A program made the translations under genes and the position numbers. Below the pieces are notes generated by a model. It was not told where the DNA came from and made no database searches. It was given only the letters and a program-made list of their open reading frames with translations. A DNA stretch of 64,000 nt from an uncultured Verrucomicrobiae bacterium. GTDB taxonomy: Bacteria > Verrucomicrobiota > Verrucomicrobiia > Chthoniobacterales > UBA10450. Below are positions 10,682 through 21,404 of this stretch, one piece after another; positions within the stretch are counted from its first letter, which is position 1; each line of letters starts with the position of its first letter. The stretch spans positions 192,001-256,000 of the forward strand of contig CAWFGO010000005.1 of NCBI GenBank assembly GCA_963815455.1, in the 5' to 3' direction.

Positions 10682-11269
10682 CTAGAATGCGACCTTGGGC
10701 GCTTCCTTTTGTTCCGGCTTGTCGATCACGAACAGTTCCGCCTGCGCAAAATTAAACGTGTTCGCAATGATATTGGTTGGAAAAACTTCGCGGCGAGTGT
10801 TGTAGCCCATGACCGCATCATTGTAAGCCTGCCGCGCGAACGAGACCCGATTTTCGGTCGAGCTCAGTTCTTCCATCAAGGACAGCATCGTCGTGTTCGC
10901 TTTGAGGTCCGGATACGCTTCGGCCAGCGCGAACAGCCGGCCCAGGGTCCCGGACAACGCGCCTTCCGCCGATGAAATCTCTTTCATCGCCGAGGCATCG
11001 CCCGGGTTTTGAGCGGCGCGAGCATTGGCGGTCGCCGCCGCGTTCCTGGCCGCGATCACCGCCTCGAGTGTACCCCGCTCGTGTTGGAGATAACCCTTGG
11101 CGGTCTCGACCAAATTCGGAATGAGATCGTACCGCCGTTTGAGCTGCACATCGATCTGCGCGTAAGCGTTCTTGTAGCGGTTGCGCAAAGTGACCAGCGC
11201 GTTGTAGGCGCCGATCACGAACATTACCGCCACAACGATGATGCCGATTAGGATCAAGCCTGCGATCAT
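10682..11269 (-). CDS. lemA: LemA family protein
   Basis: QIDVQLKRRYDLIPNLV, AEAYPDLKA, ARQAYN. Confidence 0.95.
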   Translation of the reverse strand: MIAGLILIGIIVVAVMFVIGAYNALVTLRNRYKNAYAQIDVQLKRRYDLIPNLVETAKGYLQHERGTLEAVIAARNAAATANARAAQNPGDASAMKEISSAEGALSGTLGRLFALAEAYPDLKANTTMLSLMEELSSTENRVSFARQAYNDAVMGYNTRREVFPTNIIANTFNFAQAELFVIDKPEQKEAPKVAF

Positions 11270-11337
11270 TGAAGTTCCTTTCGTTCAGATTCTCGTTCTA
11301 ACGGCACTAGAAGCCATCTTCGCAATGTATCAAGCCT

Positions 11338-11428
11338 GTCATCCGGAGCGAAGCGAAGGATCTCCCGACTGTTCTATCCGCGAGGTAATGGAGATAGTCA
11401 GAGATGTTTCGCTACGCGCAGGACGGCA
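11338..11428. repeat. Degenerate GTCAT-type REP; a 9-mer array (atccgtgtc/atccgcgta/atccgtgg) follows at ~11445-11470
   Basis: gtcatccggagcgaagcgaaggatctc ... gagatgtttcgctacgcgcaggacggca. Confidence 0.7.
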
Positions 11429-11485
11429 CACATTCGGAAAAGAAATCCGTGTCATCCGCGTAATCCGTGGTTAAAAGTCTAAGCC

Positions 11486-12646
11486 ATGAGCGGAATACGA
11501 GTATTGGTCGGCACGAAGAAGGGCGCATTCATCCTGACTTCGGATGCGAAGCGCAAAGACTGGAAAGTGGACGGCCCGCATTTTGCCGGCTGGGAAATTT
11601 ATCACGTGAAAGGTTCGCCGGCCGATCCGAACCGGCTGTATGCGTCGCAGACGAGCGCCTGGTTCGGGCAGGTCATTCAACGTTCCAGTGACGGAGGGAA
11701 AACTTGGGAGACGCCCGGCGGAGGAATAGAAACGACACCCGACGGCATGCCTAAGGGTGAGAGCAACAAATTCGTTTACGATGGCATCCCGGGAACGCAC
11801 CAGTGGTACGACGGCACCCAGCATCCGTGGGAATTCAAACGGGTCTGGCACCTGGAACCGGCGCTCGATCATCCCGATCATGTTTATGCGGGCGTGGAAG
11901 ATGCGGCCTTGTTCGAATCGACTGATGGCGGCAAGTCGTGGAGCGAGTTATCTGGATTGCGTAAGCACGACACCGGACCGAAGTGGCAGCCCGGCGCCGG
12001 AGGGATGTGTCTGCACACGGTCCTGATCGATCCAAGCAATCCGAAGCGAATATTCGTCGCGATCTCGGCGGCGGGCGCATTCCGCAGCGATGACAGCGGT
12101 AAGACCTGGAAACCGATTAATCGCGGCTTGCACTCCCAGTTCATGCCCGATCCAAATGCGGAGGTGGGGCATTGTGTTCATCGCATCGCCATGCATCCGT
12201 CGCGTCCGAATGTTCTCTTCATGCAAAAACACTGGGACATCATGCGCAGCGACGACGCCGGCGATTCCTGGCGCGAAGTCAGCGGCAATTTGCCGACCGA
12301 TTTCGGATTTCCAATCGACGTTCATGCCCACGAGCCCGAAACGATCTACGTCGTGCCGATCAAGAGCGATTCCGAGCATTACCCGCTCGACGGCAAACTC
12401 CAAGTGTGGCGGAGCCGAACTGGCGGCAACGATTGGGAAGCGCTGACCAAAGGTCTGCCGCAAAAAGACTGCTACGTAAATGTGTTGCGCGACGCCATGG
12501 CCGTGGATTCGCTCGATCCGTGCGGCATCTACTTCGGAACGACCGGCGGACAAGTTTATGCCTCACGCGACGCGGGGGATAGTTGGGAACCGATTGTGCG
12601 TGACTTGCCGGCGGTACTATCTGTGGAAGCTCTGACGATCGCGTGA
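11486..12646 (+). CDS. BNR/Asp-box beta-propeller protein (sialidase-like fold) with no signal peptide
   Basis: Repeated Asp-boxes [40 protein letters not shown]. Confidence 0.88.
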   Translation: MSGIRVLVGTKKGAFILTSDAKRKDWKVDGPHFAGWEIYHVKGSPADPNRLYASQTSAWFGQVIQRSSDGGKTWETPGGGIETTPDGMPKGESNKFVYDGIPGTHQWYDGTQHPWEFKRVWHLEPALDHPDHVYAGVEDAALFESTDGGKSWSELSGLRKHDTGPKWQPGAGGMCLHTVLIDPSNPKRIFVAISAAGAFRSDDSGKTWKPINRGLHSQFMPDPNAEVGHCVHRIAMHPSRPNVLFMQKHWDIMRSDDAGDSWREVSGNLPTDFGFPIDVHAHEPETIYVVPIKSDSEHYPLDGKLQVWRSRTGGNDWEALTKGLPQKDCYVNVLRDAMAVDSLDPCGIYFGTTGGQVYASRDAGDSWEPIVRDLPAVLSVEALTIA

Positions 12647-12648
12647 GG

Positions 12649-12787
12649 AAGCACCAAACCCCAAGCACCAAGCTCCAGTGAAGCTCCAATTACCAAATTC
12701 CAAACAAGAGATCTTTGACGAAGCTTCCGCCTTTGATGCTTGGTGTTTGACGTTTCTCTGGTGCTTGGATGTTGGAATTTGGAGCTT
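12649..12787. repeat. Inverted element built from 7-mer tandem units (aagcacc/aagctcc versus ggtgctt/ggagctt)
   Basis: aagcaccaaaccccaagcaccaagctcc ... ggtgcttggatgttggaatttggagctt. Confidence 0.8.
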
Positions 12788-12793
12788 AAAGTG

Positions 12794-13090
12794 ATGGTTC
12801 GTGTCCTTCTCCCGCCGCATCTGCGCACGCTTGCACGCGTGAACGGCGAAGTAGAACTCGACGTTGCCGGTCCGGTAACGCAGATGTCGATCCTCGACGC
12901 GCTCGAATCGCGTTATCCCATGCTGCGCGGAACAATCCGCGAGCACGCCACGCATAAACGCCGGCCACTCGTTCGTTTTTTCGTCTGCGGCGAGGATGTG
13001 TCGCACGATCCGCCGGACTCGCCCTTGCCCGAGCCGATCATCAAAGGCTCGGAGCCCTTCCTGGTTATCGGCGCTATCGCTGGCGGTTAA
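12794..13090 (+). CDS. MoaD/ThiS ubiquitin-like protein
   Basis: About 98 aa with a beta-grasp-like pattern, ending IGAIAGG. Confidence 0.92.
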   Translation: MVRVLLPPHLRTLARVNGEVELDVAGPVTQMSILDALESRYPMLRGTIREHATHKRRPLVRFFVCGEDVSHDPPDSPLPEPIIKGSEPFLVIGAIAGG

Positions 13091-13119
13091 CTTGTGGTCG
13101 ACTGGCGACAGACGATTCC

Positions 13120-13229
13120 GTCATCCCGAGTTGCGCAGACACGAGGGACCTCACAACTGCAATCGACGCGCTTTCCAGTATGGACGATCAACCAGCTTGT
13201 GCGAGGTCCTTCGCTTCGCTCAGGATGAC
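13120..13229. repeat. GTCAT..ATGAC REP-like inverted repeat
   Basis: gtcatcccgag..gagggacctcacaa ... ttgtgcgaggtccttcgcttcgctcaggatgac. Confidence 0.85.
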
Positions 13230-13390
13230 CGAACTAACGGCGGGAGCGAGGTTCGGCGCAGCTTGGGCGCGTTGCCGGCTAATGCTCCAAGTGCAAAACA
13301 GCCGCCGTGTGCTTTTACAGAGGCGGCGTGATGTTTCATAGCGGGTCAAAGCTGGGGTGCAGTCTTAGGTTTTCGGAAAGTCTCATCGCA

Positions 13391-13989
13391 TCAAGTCTCG
13401 ACCGACAGCGTCCCGACGAGACCGAGGCGCTCTGCGTCCGACTTCAGCGCGGTAATCACATTCGAATCACTTCATCCAGTGGCATGCCCAGTTGTTCTGC
13501 GCCTTTGATGATGTCTTCGCGGTTTACGGCGCGAGCGAAGGCTTTGTCTTTCATTTTCTTTTTTACCGACGCAACATCGACATCGTTGATGCTTTTGGTT
13601 GGGCGGACGCGAGCGACGGCGATGACGAAGCCGCTGAGTTCGTCCACCGCACGGAGCGTTTTTTCCATCGGCGTTTCCGGTTCGACGCCGGAGTAATCGG
13701 CGTGGGAGAGAATGGCATGGCATATTTCTTCGCTCCAACCGTTCTGGCGCAGCCATTTCACTCCTACGAAAGGATGGCCTTCGCTCGAACTGCGTTCAAG
13801 ATTCGGATGTCGCTCGTAATCCATGTCGTGCAAAAGACCGACCGCTTCCCAAAGATCGACATCGTCGCCGCGCACCCGGGCGAAATGCTTCATCGAATCG
13901 GCCACGGCGTAACAATGTTTGCGCAGACTTTCCGATTGGACCCATTCGTGCAGAAGCTGCAGGGCGCGAGGGACGAGCGGTTCATTCAT
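13391..13989 (-). CDS. HD-domain phosphohydrolase; probable frameshift near 13460
   Basis: LRKHC, GLLHDMD, AILSH, AVDELSG, KAFARAVNR; the alternative frame continues NVITALKSDAERLGL to a stop at 13391. Confidence 0.88.
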
Positions 13990-14080
13990 AAATATATTCG
14001 CGGCTTCACCGATTGTTTGCCATCGAGCGACGGAGCGCTCGATCCACCTTTGCAGAATTATATGGTGTGCGAGAAGCACT

Positions 14081-17000
14081 CTATCTCTTGGAGCTAATCC
14101 ATCTTGCCACGCGTCCGATAACGGCGGGGCCAACAATCATGACCACGAGGGCCGAAGCAATAGCAGCCAGCCAGTTGCGTTGGGAGGAGGGACTAAGACT
14201 GGAAAAAAACAGCCAACAACAATAAGCCCCCAGGACGATCAAAGTCGTCAGGACAATAATGATTATCCCTTTGACCGAGCTTAGTAATCGTCCGCGGCCG
14301 GCCATGAAATCGCTGAGGCCGGAAACAACCAGGTTCAAGGCGACAACGATCCCGAGGACTTCCCAACCGGCGACCTTTACCCGGTCGTTCACAAAGAGAC
14401 CGACGAAGATCGTGAGAAAAGCGAAAACGTAGAGTAGGCCAAGCCAATGTTGGAAGAAAAGATTTCGCAAGCTTTGCGGCACGGCTACGGCGACCAGATT
14501 CCAAAAAGTCGTGCCGAGCATCGCGATCCATGCCGCCACGCGTTTTCCGGGATTAGACCGATATTGGTCGGCCAAGCCATCGAGCATTCCACCAGTGATG
14601 GTGGTGGCGCGGGAGATTAGCTGGAGGGTTTTTTCCGAATCGAGCTGCCGGTCGACTTCGTACTTGCTCCTGTAATAAGCCAAAAGTTGACCCGGTTCTT
14701 GGAGACACTGGCGCAATGCACTACTCATGGTGACCGAGAGTTCCTTGCTCTGAAGCAAGGTTTCAACGAATTCGCGAAGCACGCGTGCCTGATCGGAGCC
14801 GGGAGCGCTGTTGGCCAGCGCCTGGCTAATGACGCCCGCGATCTGATCAAGATCATCCGAAGTGACTTCGTCCTCGAGAATTGAAATATGCGCTTGCTCG
14901 GTCAATTGGCGCCGCACTTTCTCGTCTTTATCGTCGGGCAGCAGAATACTGATTAGCCGCTCCGCGCCGTCCAATCGCCCCCAGAGCATATCGTTTTTCC
15001 GCCAGCGCTGATCGAGAAACGCGCCGAACGACATCACCGCCCGTCCGGCCAGTTTGCTACGCTTCTCGCCAGTCCGGCGCTCGTCGATTATCGACGGCGC
15101 ATCTTCCGGACTAACGCGATAAACTTCAACGGTGTTCGCTTCGCCTACGCCGGTGCCATAACGCACCGGATAAGTGATCAGGTCGTAAAGAACGAAGTTC
15201 TGATAATAATGATCCAGAAATACGCGCGCGGCGACGTCGCCCTTGCTAAGATCGACATCGGCCGGGTCCGCGATCGTCAACCGTGCGAAATCGCGTTTGC
15301 TCAACGTATTCTTGATGACGTCCGCGAGCTTTTTCAGCTTCTCCCGGTGTTGCCGGAAAGCTGAATCGAAAATCTCCTTGCGTTTGTCATCATCTTCTTC
15401 AGCCAGAATTTGCTGCATTGTTTCCCAGGAAAGGTCGAAGTCCGAGGCGGCTTCTTGCAAATCGGCCGCGGGTTTGGAACCCGGTGTCAGAAACGCTTCC
15501 TCGGCCAGTCGTGCGCTGACGAGCGCACCGGCAATCTTTTCTTTCTTCACCCGCCTGAGCTCTTCTCGAAATTCCCCCGCCCATTTGCCAACCGCTGCAC
15601 TAGCGCGACCGGGCGATTCCAACTGGACACGAAGGCGCTGGGCCGCTTCAGCGCGATCCTGCCTTGTTTTGGACTTGTCAACGGAGGGCGATTCCAGGTG
15701 CTTCAGCCACACCGAGAGCAGGTTTTCCGCTTTCTCATCGAGCTCCTCGGTTACTGTCTGGGCGAGTTGATTAATGCGCTGGTTCAAGAAGCTTAACCGG
15801 CGAAATGTGTAGCGGAGATCGAAATCGAGAAGGAACTGGTTCTCGGTCGCCAGACCTTGATTGCCTGCCGACGCTGAATCGGGTTTGGTTTCGACATAGT
15901 TTTCGCGCCGCCACTGGATAACGAACTCGCGAATTACGGCGGCGGCGTCCGAATCCGGATCATGCCCCAACGCAGCCACGATCAGATCGGAAATGAAGCC
16001 GGTTATTTCTTCAACCTTGAGCCGGTGGTAGGCGCCGAAGCTGACACCATAGATGTCGATCATGCGACCAAGATCGGCTTCGCCGAATTGTTCGTGGGTG
16101 AGAGGCTTCTTTTGGCGAACCCTGATTGCGTCTTCATCGACGTGACTGGCAAACGTCGCGATTCGTTCCAGGGTGGCGTTACGCTGATATAGTCGCTCGA
16201 GGTCTTCGCGAATTGTCTCCTGCCGCGGCAGATCGAGCGCGGCGGCGCGAACATTCGCGGCGAAATCGGGCCGTTGCCGAGGTTTCCTCGGCGTCAATTC
16301 GGGATGTTCCGGTGTCGGCTCGACGTAAATCAGTTTGCGATCCACCACGCAATCGGCCCAGCGCCGCGCCAACATGGAAGTGGCGTAACTGAACGGCTTG
16401 TTGTCGAGATATCCGCCGTCGCCGAAAGAACGGTTGCGAAACGCATTGCGTAAGTCCGCAAATGCGGAATCAATCGTCTGCTCTGTTGTATTTCCAGCCG
16501 CGGGAAGCCCGGTTGCTTGTTCAGCCCGTGCTTTCTTATCGATGTCGAACAGGCCGAGGCGGAGATATTCTTTGAAGAAGTGGTCCCAACGGGCGCGCTC
16601 CCTGGGATCGTTGCTGGCCCATGGATCGTCGGATTCGTAGCGCTGATACCGCTCCAAAACGGGCCCGATGTCCCCGAGCTGCATGGCATCAAAAGCGAAC
16701 GGAAACGACGATGTGCAACGAGCGGCGAAGGCTAGAAACGGATCGTCGTTTTTTTTAAAATCGTCCCGGCTGAAATCTTCGCCGTCCTTTTTGCGCTGTT
16801 CTTTCGAACGCGGGTCGGGGGCGTAACGAAAATGAAAAACATTTCGGTAACGGCGTTCGTAAACGACTCCGTCTGCGAGCTTGATTGGCAGGGGAATCCC
16901 TTCAATGTCTGTCGTCGTGATGAAAAGATCGAACTCGTTTACCAGCGGAGAAGGTTCGCCGGAATCCACCGCGGACGCACCCATGTCTTCGAGTGCCTCG

Positions 17001-17659
17001 AGCAATTTGCGATACATTCGCTGGCTATTAAGCAGCGATTTCTCGGGCCTTTGCACGGCGAAGCCGCGATTGTCCGAATAATCTTCCGCTTTCGTGTCGT
17101 TGAGAAGTTTGCCAAGATCGCCTTCGGTCAACCAAAGCTTTTTCAAGCCATCCATCTTTTGATTCCTGGCCAGCGCTTTGCCTAGAAAAACGCCATTGAT
17201 GCCACCGGCTGATGTCCCGGAAATAACATCGACAATGAAACGGGTCGTGACCTCGTCGGCCGTCGGCGGCCTCCGCTTGCCGTCAGGTCCCGGCGAGGCG
17301 GCTTGTTGTAATTTAGCGCGATCGGCCAGGTATTGTCCGAGCCTCCGGTAGACCCCGGCGGTGCCGGGCAACTCAGGATGGTCGGCGCCAAGCAGCGCGG
17401 TGCCAAAATCCGGCGACGACGGATCGACTGTCTTGGGCGCCGTAGCGCGCACCATGTTAAGCAATTCCTGGGTAACGCCGTTGATGTAGATGGCCAGGGA
17501 CACGCCGCCATACATCACGACCGCGAAGCGCACCTCGCGTTCGACATTTATCGGCACACTTGTCGATGTCATGGGTGCGATCTGTTCCGGAGTGCTCACA
17601 ATGGGAACGTCGGTAGGGCGTCGGGCATTCAGCCAAAATCGCATGACCGGGTCAAACAA
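14081..17659 (-). CDS. Large patatin-like phospholipase (DUF3376 type) with C-terminal transmembrane helices; start may be 17572
   Basis: GGVSLAIY, GTSAG nucleophile, DGG motif, WRKNDMLWGRLDGAERL. Confidence 0.88.
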   Translation of the reverse strand: MFDPVMRFWLNARRPTDVPIVSTPEQIAPMTSTSVPINVEREVRFAVVMYGGVSLAIYINGVTQELLNMVRATAPKTVDPSSPDFGTALLGADHPELPGTAGVYRRLGQYLADRAKLQQAASPGPDGKRRPPTADEVTTRFIVDVISGTSAGGINGVFLGKALARNQKMDGLKKLWLTEGDLGKLLNDTKAEDYSDNRGFAVQRPEKSLLNSQRMYRKLLEALEDMGASAVDSGEPSPLVNEFDLFITTTDIEGIPLPIKLADGVVYERRYRNVFHFRYAPDPRSKEQRKKDGEDFSRDDFKKNDDPFLAFAARCTSSFPFAFDAMQLGDIGPVLERYQRYESDDPWASNDPRERARWDHFFKEYLRLGLFDIDKKARAEQATGLPAAGNTTEQTIDSAFADLRNAFRNRSFGDGGYLDNKPFSYATSMLARRWADCVVDRKLIYVEPTPEHPELTPRKPRQRPDFAANVRAAALDLPRQETIREDLERLYQRNATLERIATFASHVDEDAIRVRQKKPLTHEQFGEADLGRMIDIYGVSFGAYHRLKVEEITGFISDLIVAALGHDPDSDAAAVIREFVIQWRRENYVETKPDSASAGNQGLATENQFLLDFDLRYTFRRLSFLNQRINQLAQTVTEELDEKAENLLSVWLKHLESPSVDKSKTRQDRAEAAQRLRVQLESPGRASAAVGKWAGEFREELRRVKKEKIAGALVSARLAEEAFLTPGSKPAADLQEAASDFDLSWETMQQILAEEDDDKRKEIFDSAFRQHREKLKKLADVIKNTLSKRDFARLTIADPADVDLSKGDVAARVFLDHYYQNFVLYDLITYPVRYGTGVGEANTVEVYRVSPEDAPSIIDERRTGEKRSKLAGRAVMSFGAFLDQRWRKNDMLWGRLDGAERLISILLPDDKDEKVRRQLTEQAHISILEDEVTSDDLDQIAGVISQALANSAPGSDQARVLREFVETLLQSKELSVTMSSALRQCLQEPGQLLAYYRSKYEVDRQLDSEKTLQLISRATTITGGMLDGLADQYRSNPGKRVAAWIAMLGTTFWNLVAVAVPQSLRNLFFQHWLGLLYVFAFLTIFVGLFVNDRVKVAGWEVLGIVVALNLVVSGLSDFMAGRGRLLSSVKGIIIIVLTTLIVLGAYCCWLFFSSLSPSSQRNWLAAIASALVVMIVGPAVIGRVARWISSKR

Positions 17660-17775
17660 ATTGCGGCACGAATCGGCTGGATTTGTCGAAAGATGGATCG
17701 CAGCCTTGCTTCGAACGAATGGTTCCTGCAGGCAGTCAACTTTCCCGCGGATCGAGCGTCAGCCGGTTTTGGCCG

Positions 17776-19178
17776 ATGCTTTCGGCGGCTCTTCTGATTA
17801 TTGCGGCTTCGGTTTGGCTCGGGTTCAAGATTCCGCGCGGGATCCTAACGTATCAGGACGAGTTGTTTACCGCGGAGCGCGCCCGGGAGATGCTCATGTT
17901 AGGGCGCGACAGTGTGCACTACAATTTCGAGCATTCTTTCGCCAAGCCGCCGCTGCAATATTGGCTCACCACGCTGACTCTGCCGCGCTTCAACAACTCC
18001 GCCACGGCGGTTCGGATCTGGCCACTGATCTATGGCCTGCTTACCGCGGTTGTTGTCGGCTGGCTGGCGTATCTTATCTCGCCCGAGAGGCCATGGCTCA
18101 TTCCGTTGAGCGTTGCGAGTTTCATTTCGTGTCCGCTTTTTTCCACGGAAGCGACCCGTGCTCTGCTCGACACTGGCCTGATGTTTTTCGCAACGCTGGC
18201 AATCGCTTTGGCAGAATTGGCGCGACGTCGTCCTGCCTGGTGGTTAGGCGTCGCGATTGTTTGCTGGCTCGGCGCGCTCCAAAAGATTCCGCTAATCTTC
18301 TTGGTCTGGTTGCTCATCGTCATCGTGCGCCTCTGCACCGAGCGGGCACGGCTGCCCGAACGTTGGGTGATTGGAAGCGTTCTGCTGGGATTGGCGCTCG
18401 TGTCGATCTGGCCGCTTATGCAGCTCGCGAAGTACGGGATGCCGCTCACGAAGGCATTCGCAGGCGATGATCTCAACTCTTTGTTCGGCGAGCGGCGCTT
18501 GGGGTCGCGGCCTTACTTCGAAGTTCTGACCGGTCTGGTCGCGACGGGATGGGCCGGTGGCGGTTTCGCCCTGGCCGCGGCCCTCGTATTTTTGGTTTCG
18601 AAAAAACTTCGGGCGCCAGCGCTGGTGTTGGAGATGTCGATCCTGTCCGTCGCTGTTGTGGCGCTGGCCGTCGTTTTTAACTTTCGATCCGTTCGTTACG
18701 TGCTGCCAATTGTTCCCAGCCTGGCCATTGTTCTGGCGTTGTTTCTACACCAGCTCGCCGAACCCGAGAAAATGCGGGTTCTCATAATCGGCTTCGCCAT
18801 TTTATTCGTGGTAACCGGCGTCGTTCAGGCGGAAATCAAAATGCATCACCGCGGCCCCGACGCTTCGAATGAGCAACGCATCGCGCAAAAGCTCGGTGAG
18901 ATCCAGATTGCCGGCGCGTCCACTATTTTGGTTAAGCCGGCGCCGCCGGCCAAAAGAGGTTTGCGCTCGGGCGCGTTCTATTTGTTTCATGGCGACCTGC
19001 ATTTCCTTTGAGCCAGTACTCGATCGACAAACTTCGTCAGGCGCCACCGCCGGGCCCGGCAGTCGGCGTTTGCGTCGCTCGCGATTTTCCGGCTGTTCAC
19101 GCGGTTTATCCCGATGCCGGAGTCGTCCTCGCCCTGGATCAATTCGTTTGCTGGCAAACGGCTCGGAGCAGCCGCTGA
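17776..19178 (+). CDS. ArnT/PMT-like (GT-C) membrane glycosyltransferase; frameshift near 19005
   Basis: DE near the N-terminus, FAKPPLQYW, many TM helices, RYVLP; the tail continues in another frame to TGA 19178. Confidence 0.82.
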
Positions 19179-19195
19179 AGCGTTCGCGGTGTGCT

Positions 19196-19663
19196 TTACA
19201 TCTCTCGATGCATGATGATCGTATCGGGACGTTCTTCGACGACCTTGAATCCAAATCGCTCGTACAACCGCAGCAACGGCTTACCGGTGACGAGGCTAAT
19301 TAAAATGGTGGATTGCTCTGCGTTCGCGCGAACCAACTGGGTGAGCAGCGCCGTGCCGATGCCATGGCCGCGATGTCCCGGTTTAACGGCAAAGGCCAGC
19401 TCCGGAGGCGCGCTGCCTTGAGCCGGACCGACCGGTTTTCGAAGCCAAACCGCCCCGAGCACTGATTTGTCTTTTCCATCGTGGGCAACGAACCCGGTAT
19501 CGCCTTCGCGGCCCCATCCCTGAACGTAGTGGGCAAACTCGGGCCGATGAACAATGTCGCGTGGCGGGGCGCCCTTTTCGCCAACCGGCGAAAGTCCCTG
19601 ATACACCATCTCCCAGAGAATGGGCTCGTCTCCTGCGTCCAGAGGGCGAATTACGTAGTCCAT
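19196..19663 (-). CDS. GNAT acetyltransferase
   Basis: VKPGHRGHGIGTALL, LYERFGF. Confidence 0.92.
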   Translation of the reverse strand: MDYVIRPLDAGDEPILWEMVYQGLSPVGEKGAPPRDIVHRPEFAHYVQGWGREGDTGFVAHDGKDKSVLGAVWLRKPVGPAQGSAPPELAFAVKPGHRGHGIGTALLTQLVRANAEQSTILISLVTGKPLLRLYERFGFKVVEERPDTIIMHREM

Positions 19664-19779
19664 CGAGTATAAGAGTGTGTGGCGGCGGCCTAATTGTCAT
19701 CGATAACGGGAGAAAATACCAGCGCGACGTTGCCGGAAGAATCGAGTGGCAATCGCGACGCAATCGGAGAGCGTAATCC

Positions 19780-20598
19780 ATGTCAACGGACCGTGATTAC
19801 GTTCTCGGAACAAACGACGAAGAAATTTCCAGACTCGGTCTGCAACACGATGTTTGGCGTCCGGTAGTCCTGGAATGCTGGAAGCGGGCTGGGATCGGCG
19901 CCGGGAAAAGTGTGCTCGATGTGGGCGCGGGTCCCGGCTATGCCGCTGTCGATCTTGCCGAGATCGTCGGACCATCCGGCAAAGTAGTTGCGCTCGAACG
20001 TTCGGGAAAGTTTGTAAGTGCGATGCGCGAAACATGTCGCCGTCGCGGCCTAACGCATCTGGAAATTCACGAGCTGGATTTGATGACCGACGATTTCCCC
20101 AAAGTCAAATGCGATTTCTCCTGGTGCCGGTGGGTCGGCTCCTTCGTCAGCGATCCGGCGTTGCTGGTCAGAAAGATCCGGGGCGCGCTTAAAAATGGCG
20201 GCCGGGCGATTTTTCACGAGTACGCACACTACGAAACATGGCGATTCCTTCCCCCGCTTGCGCGTCAGGAGAAGTTTCGCGAGCACGTGATTGCAACCTG
20301 GCACGAATCGGGCGGCGAACCCGACGGTGCCCGGGATTTGCCCGCGCATTTGTCGGCGAACGGTTTCATCATTCGATCGGCAGTGCCGCATGTTTTTTGC
20401 CTGCGCCCGGGCGACCGCATGTGGCAATGGCCCGCGACGTTCATCGATGTTTATCTCTCGCGATTGCAGGAGATGGGCCGGATCGACCAAAAATTCGCCG
20501 AGGGATTGCAGGCCGATCTGGCGAGCGCTGAGAAAAATCCGAATGCGCTGATGATCACGCCGTTGGTTCTGGAAATCATTGCCGAGAAAATGGAGTGA
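19780..20598 (+). CDS. Class I SAM-dependent methyltransferase
   Basis: VLDVGAGPG, LKNGG. Confidence 0.92.
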   Translation: MSTDRDYVLGTNDEEISRLGLQHDVWRPVVLECWKRAGIGAGKSVLDVGAGPGYAAVDLAEIVGPSGKVVALERSGKFVSAMRETCRRRGLTHLEIHELDLMTDDFPKVKCDFSWCRWVGSFVSDPALLVRKIRGALKNGGRAIFHEYAHYETWRFLPPLARQEKFREHVIATWHESGGEPDGARDLPAHLSANGFIIRSAVPHVFCLRPGDRMWQWPATFIDVYLSRLQEMGRIDQKFAEGLQADLASAEKNPNALMITPLVLEIIAEKME

Positions 20599-20683
20599 CG
20601 AGCCCGAAATGGGACGATTCCAATCCTCCAGAGTATATTTTGCTGGATTTTTCCCGGCGAATTGATCTAGGATACGGGCCATC

Positions 20684-21370
20684 ATGAAGTGGCAATCCGC
20701 TTTCCTTTGGCTCGTCACCTTGGCCCTGGCGAGTTCCGCTCATGCCATCGGTTTTGGTCAGATCGACGATTTTCAGGACGGCACCACTCAACAATGGGCC
20801 AACGGTGGCGTGCCCGGCGCGCCTCCTGTGTTGAACATCGCCACTGGCGGACCCGGCGGCGCGGGCGACAGGTTTATGCAAATTAGCTCCACCGGCTCAG
20901 GCGCGGGCAGCCGGCTTACCGTTTTCAACCGCGCCCAATGGCTCGGCGATTACATTGCCACAGGTGTTACCTCCATTGAGGTCGACCTGAATAATTTCAG
21001 CGACATTGAGCTTTCTGTTCGGATCGCTTTCAAAACCGACCCGGGCCCGGGTTCTTCCGGTTTCCTCTCGCTGCCCTTTATCTTGAATGCAGGCAGCGGC
21101 TGGCAGCACGCCGTCTTTACCATCAGCCCGGCCACGATGCTCGCAATCGGTGGCCCGGCGGATTTCAATACCTTCTTTTCCGGTAATTTCGAGGAGATTA
21201 GGTTCATCAACGAGGTTGACCCCATCGACCTCAATGGCGATCGCGTCGTCGGTCAATTGGGCATCGACAACGTCCACGCCGTGCCCGAACCGACCACGTT
21301 CGTTTTGTCCGCCACTGGTCTGCTTGCTCTCGTTGCGGTTCGACGACTCAAAGGCCGGGCAAAGCTCTAG
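20684..21370 (+). CDS. PEP-CTERM sorted surface protein
   Basis: Signal peptide ending AHA; C-terminal VPEPTT, TM helix and RRLK. Confidence 0.92.
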   Translation: MKWQSAFLWLVTLALASSAHAIGFGQIDDFQDGTTQQWANGGVPGAPPVLNIATGGPGGAGDRFMQISSTGSGAGSRLTVFNRAQWLGDYIATGVTSIEVDLNNFSDIELSVRIAFKTDPGPGSSGFLSLPFILNAGSGWQHAVFTISPATMLAIGGPADFNTFFSGNFEEIRFINEVDPIDLNGDRVVGQLGIDNVHAVPEPTTFVLSATGLLALVAVRRLKGRAKL

Positions 21371-21404
21371 GAATTAGAGGGACGACCTCTGTGTCGTCCG
21401 CCGG

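Noticed and set aside
12794..13090. MoaD-like protein as the substrate of the JAB-like toxin tips
   Set aside because: It is about 45 kb away with no linkage, and the exported immunity candidates argue against a cytoplasmic target.
13220..13339. Short minus-strand ORF MKHHAASVKAHGG.. and a gccgcc/ggcggc hairpin
   Set aside because: No RBS or motif, and it ends inside a REP. Not enough support.
13391..17659. Patatin plus HD protein as a CBASS-like defence system
   Set aside because: No cyclase or other defence gene is adjacent, and the patatin is the large DUF3376-type membrane form.
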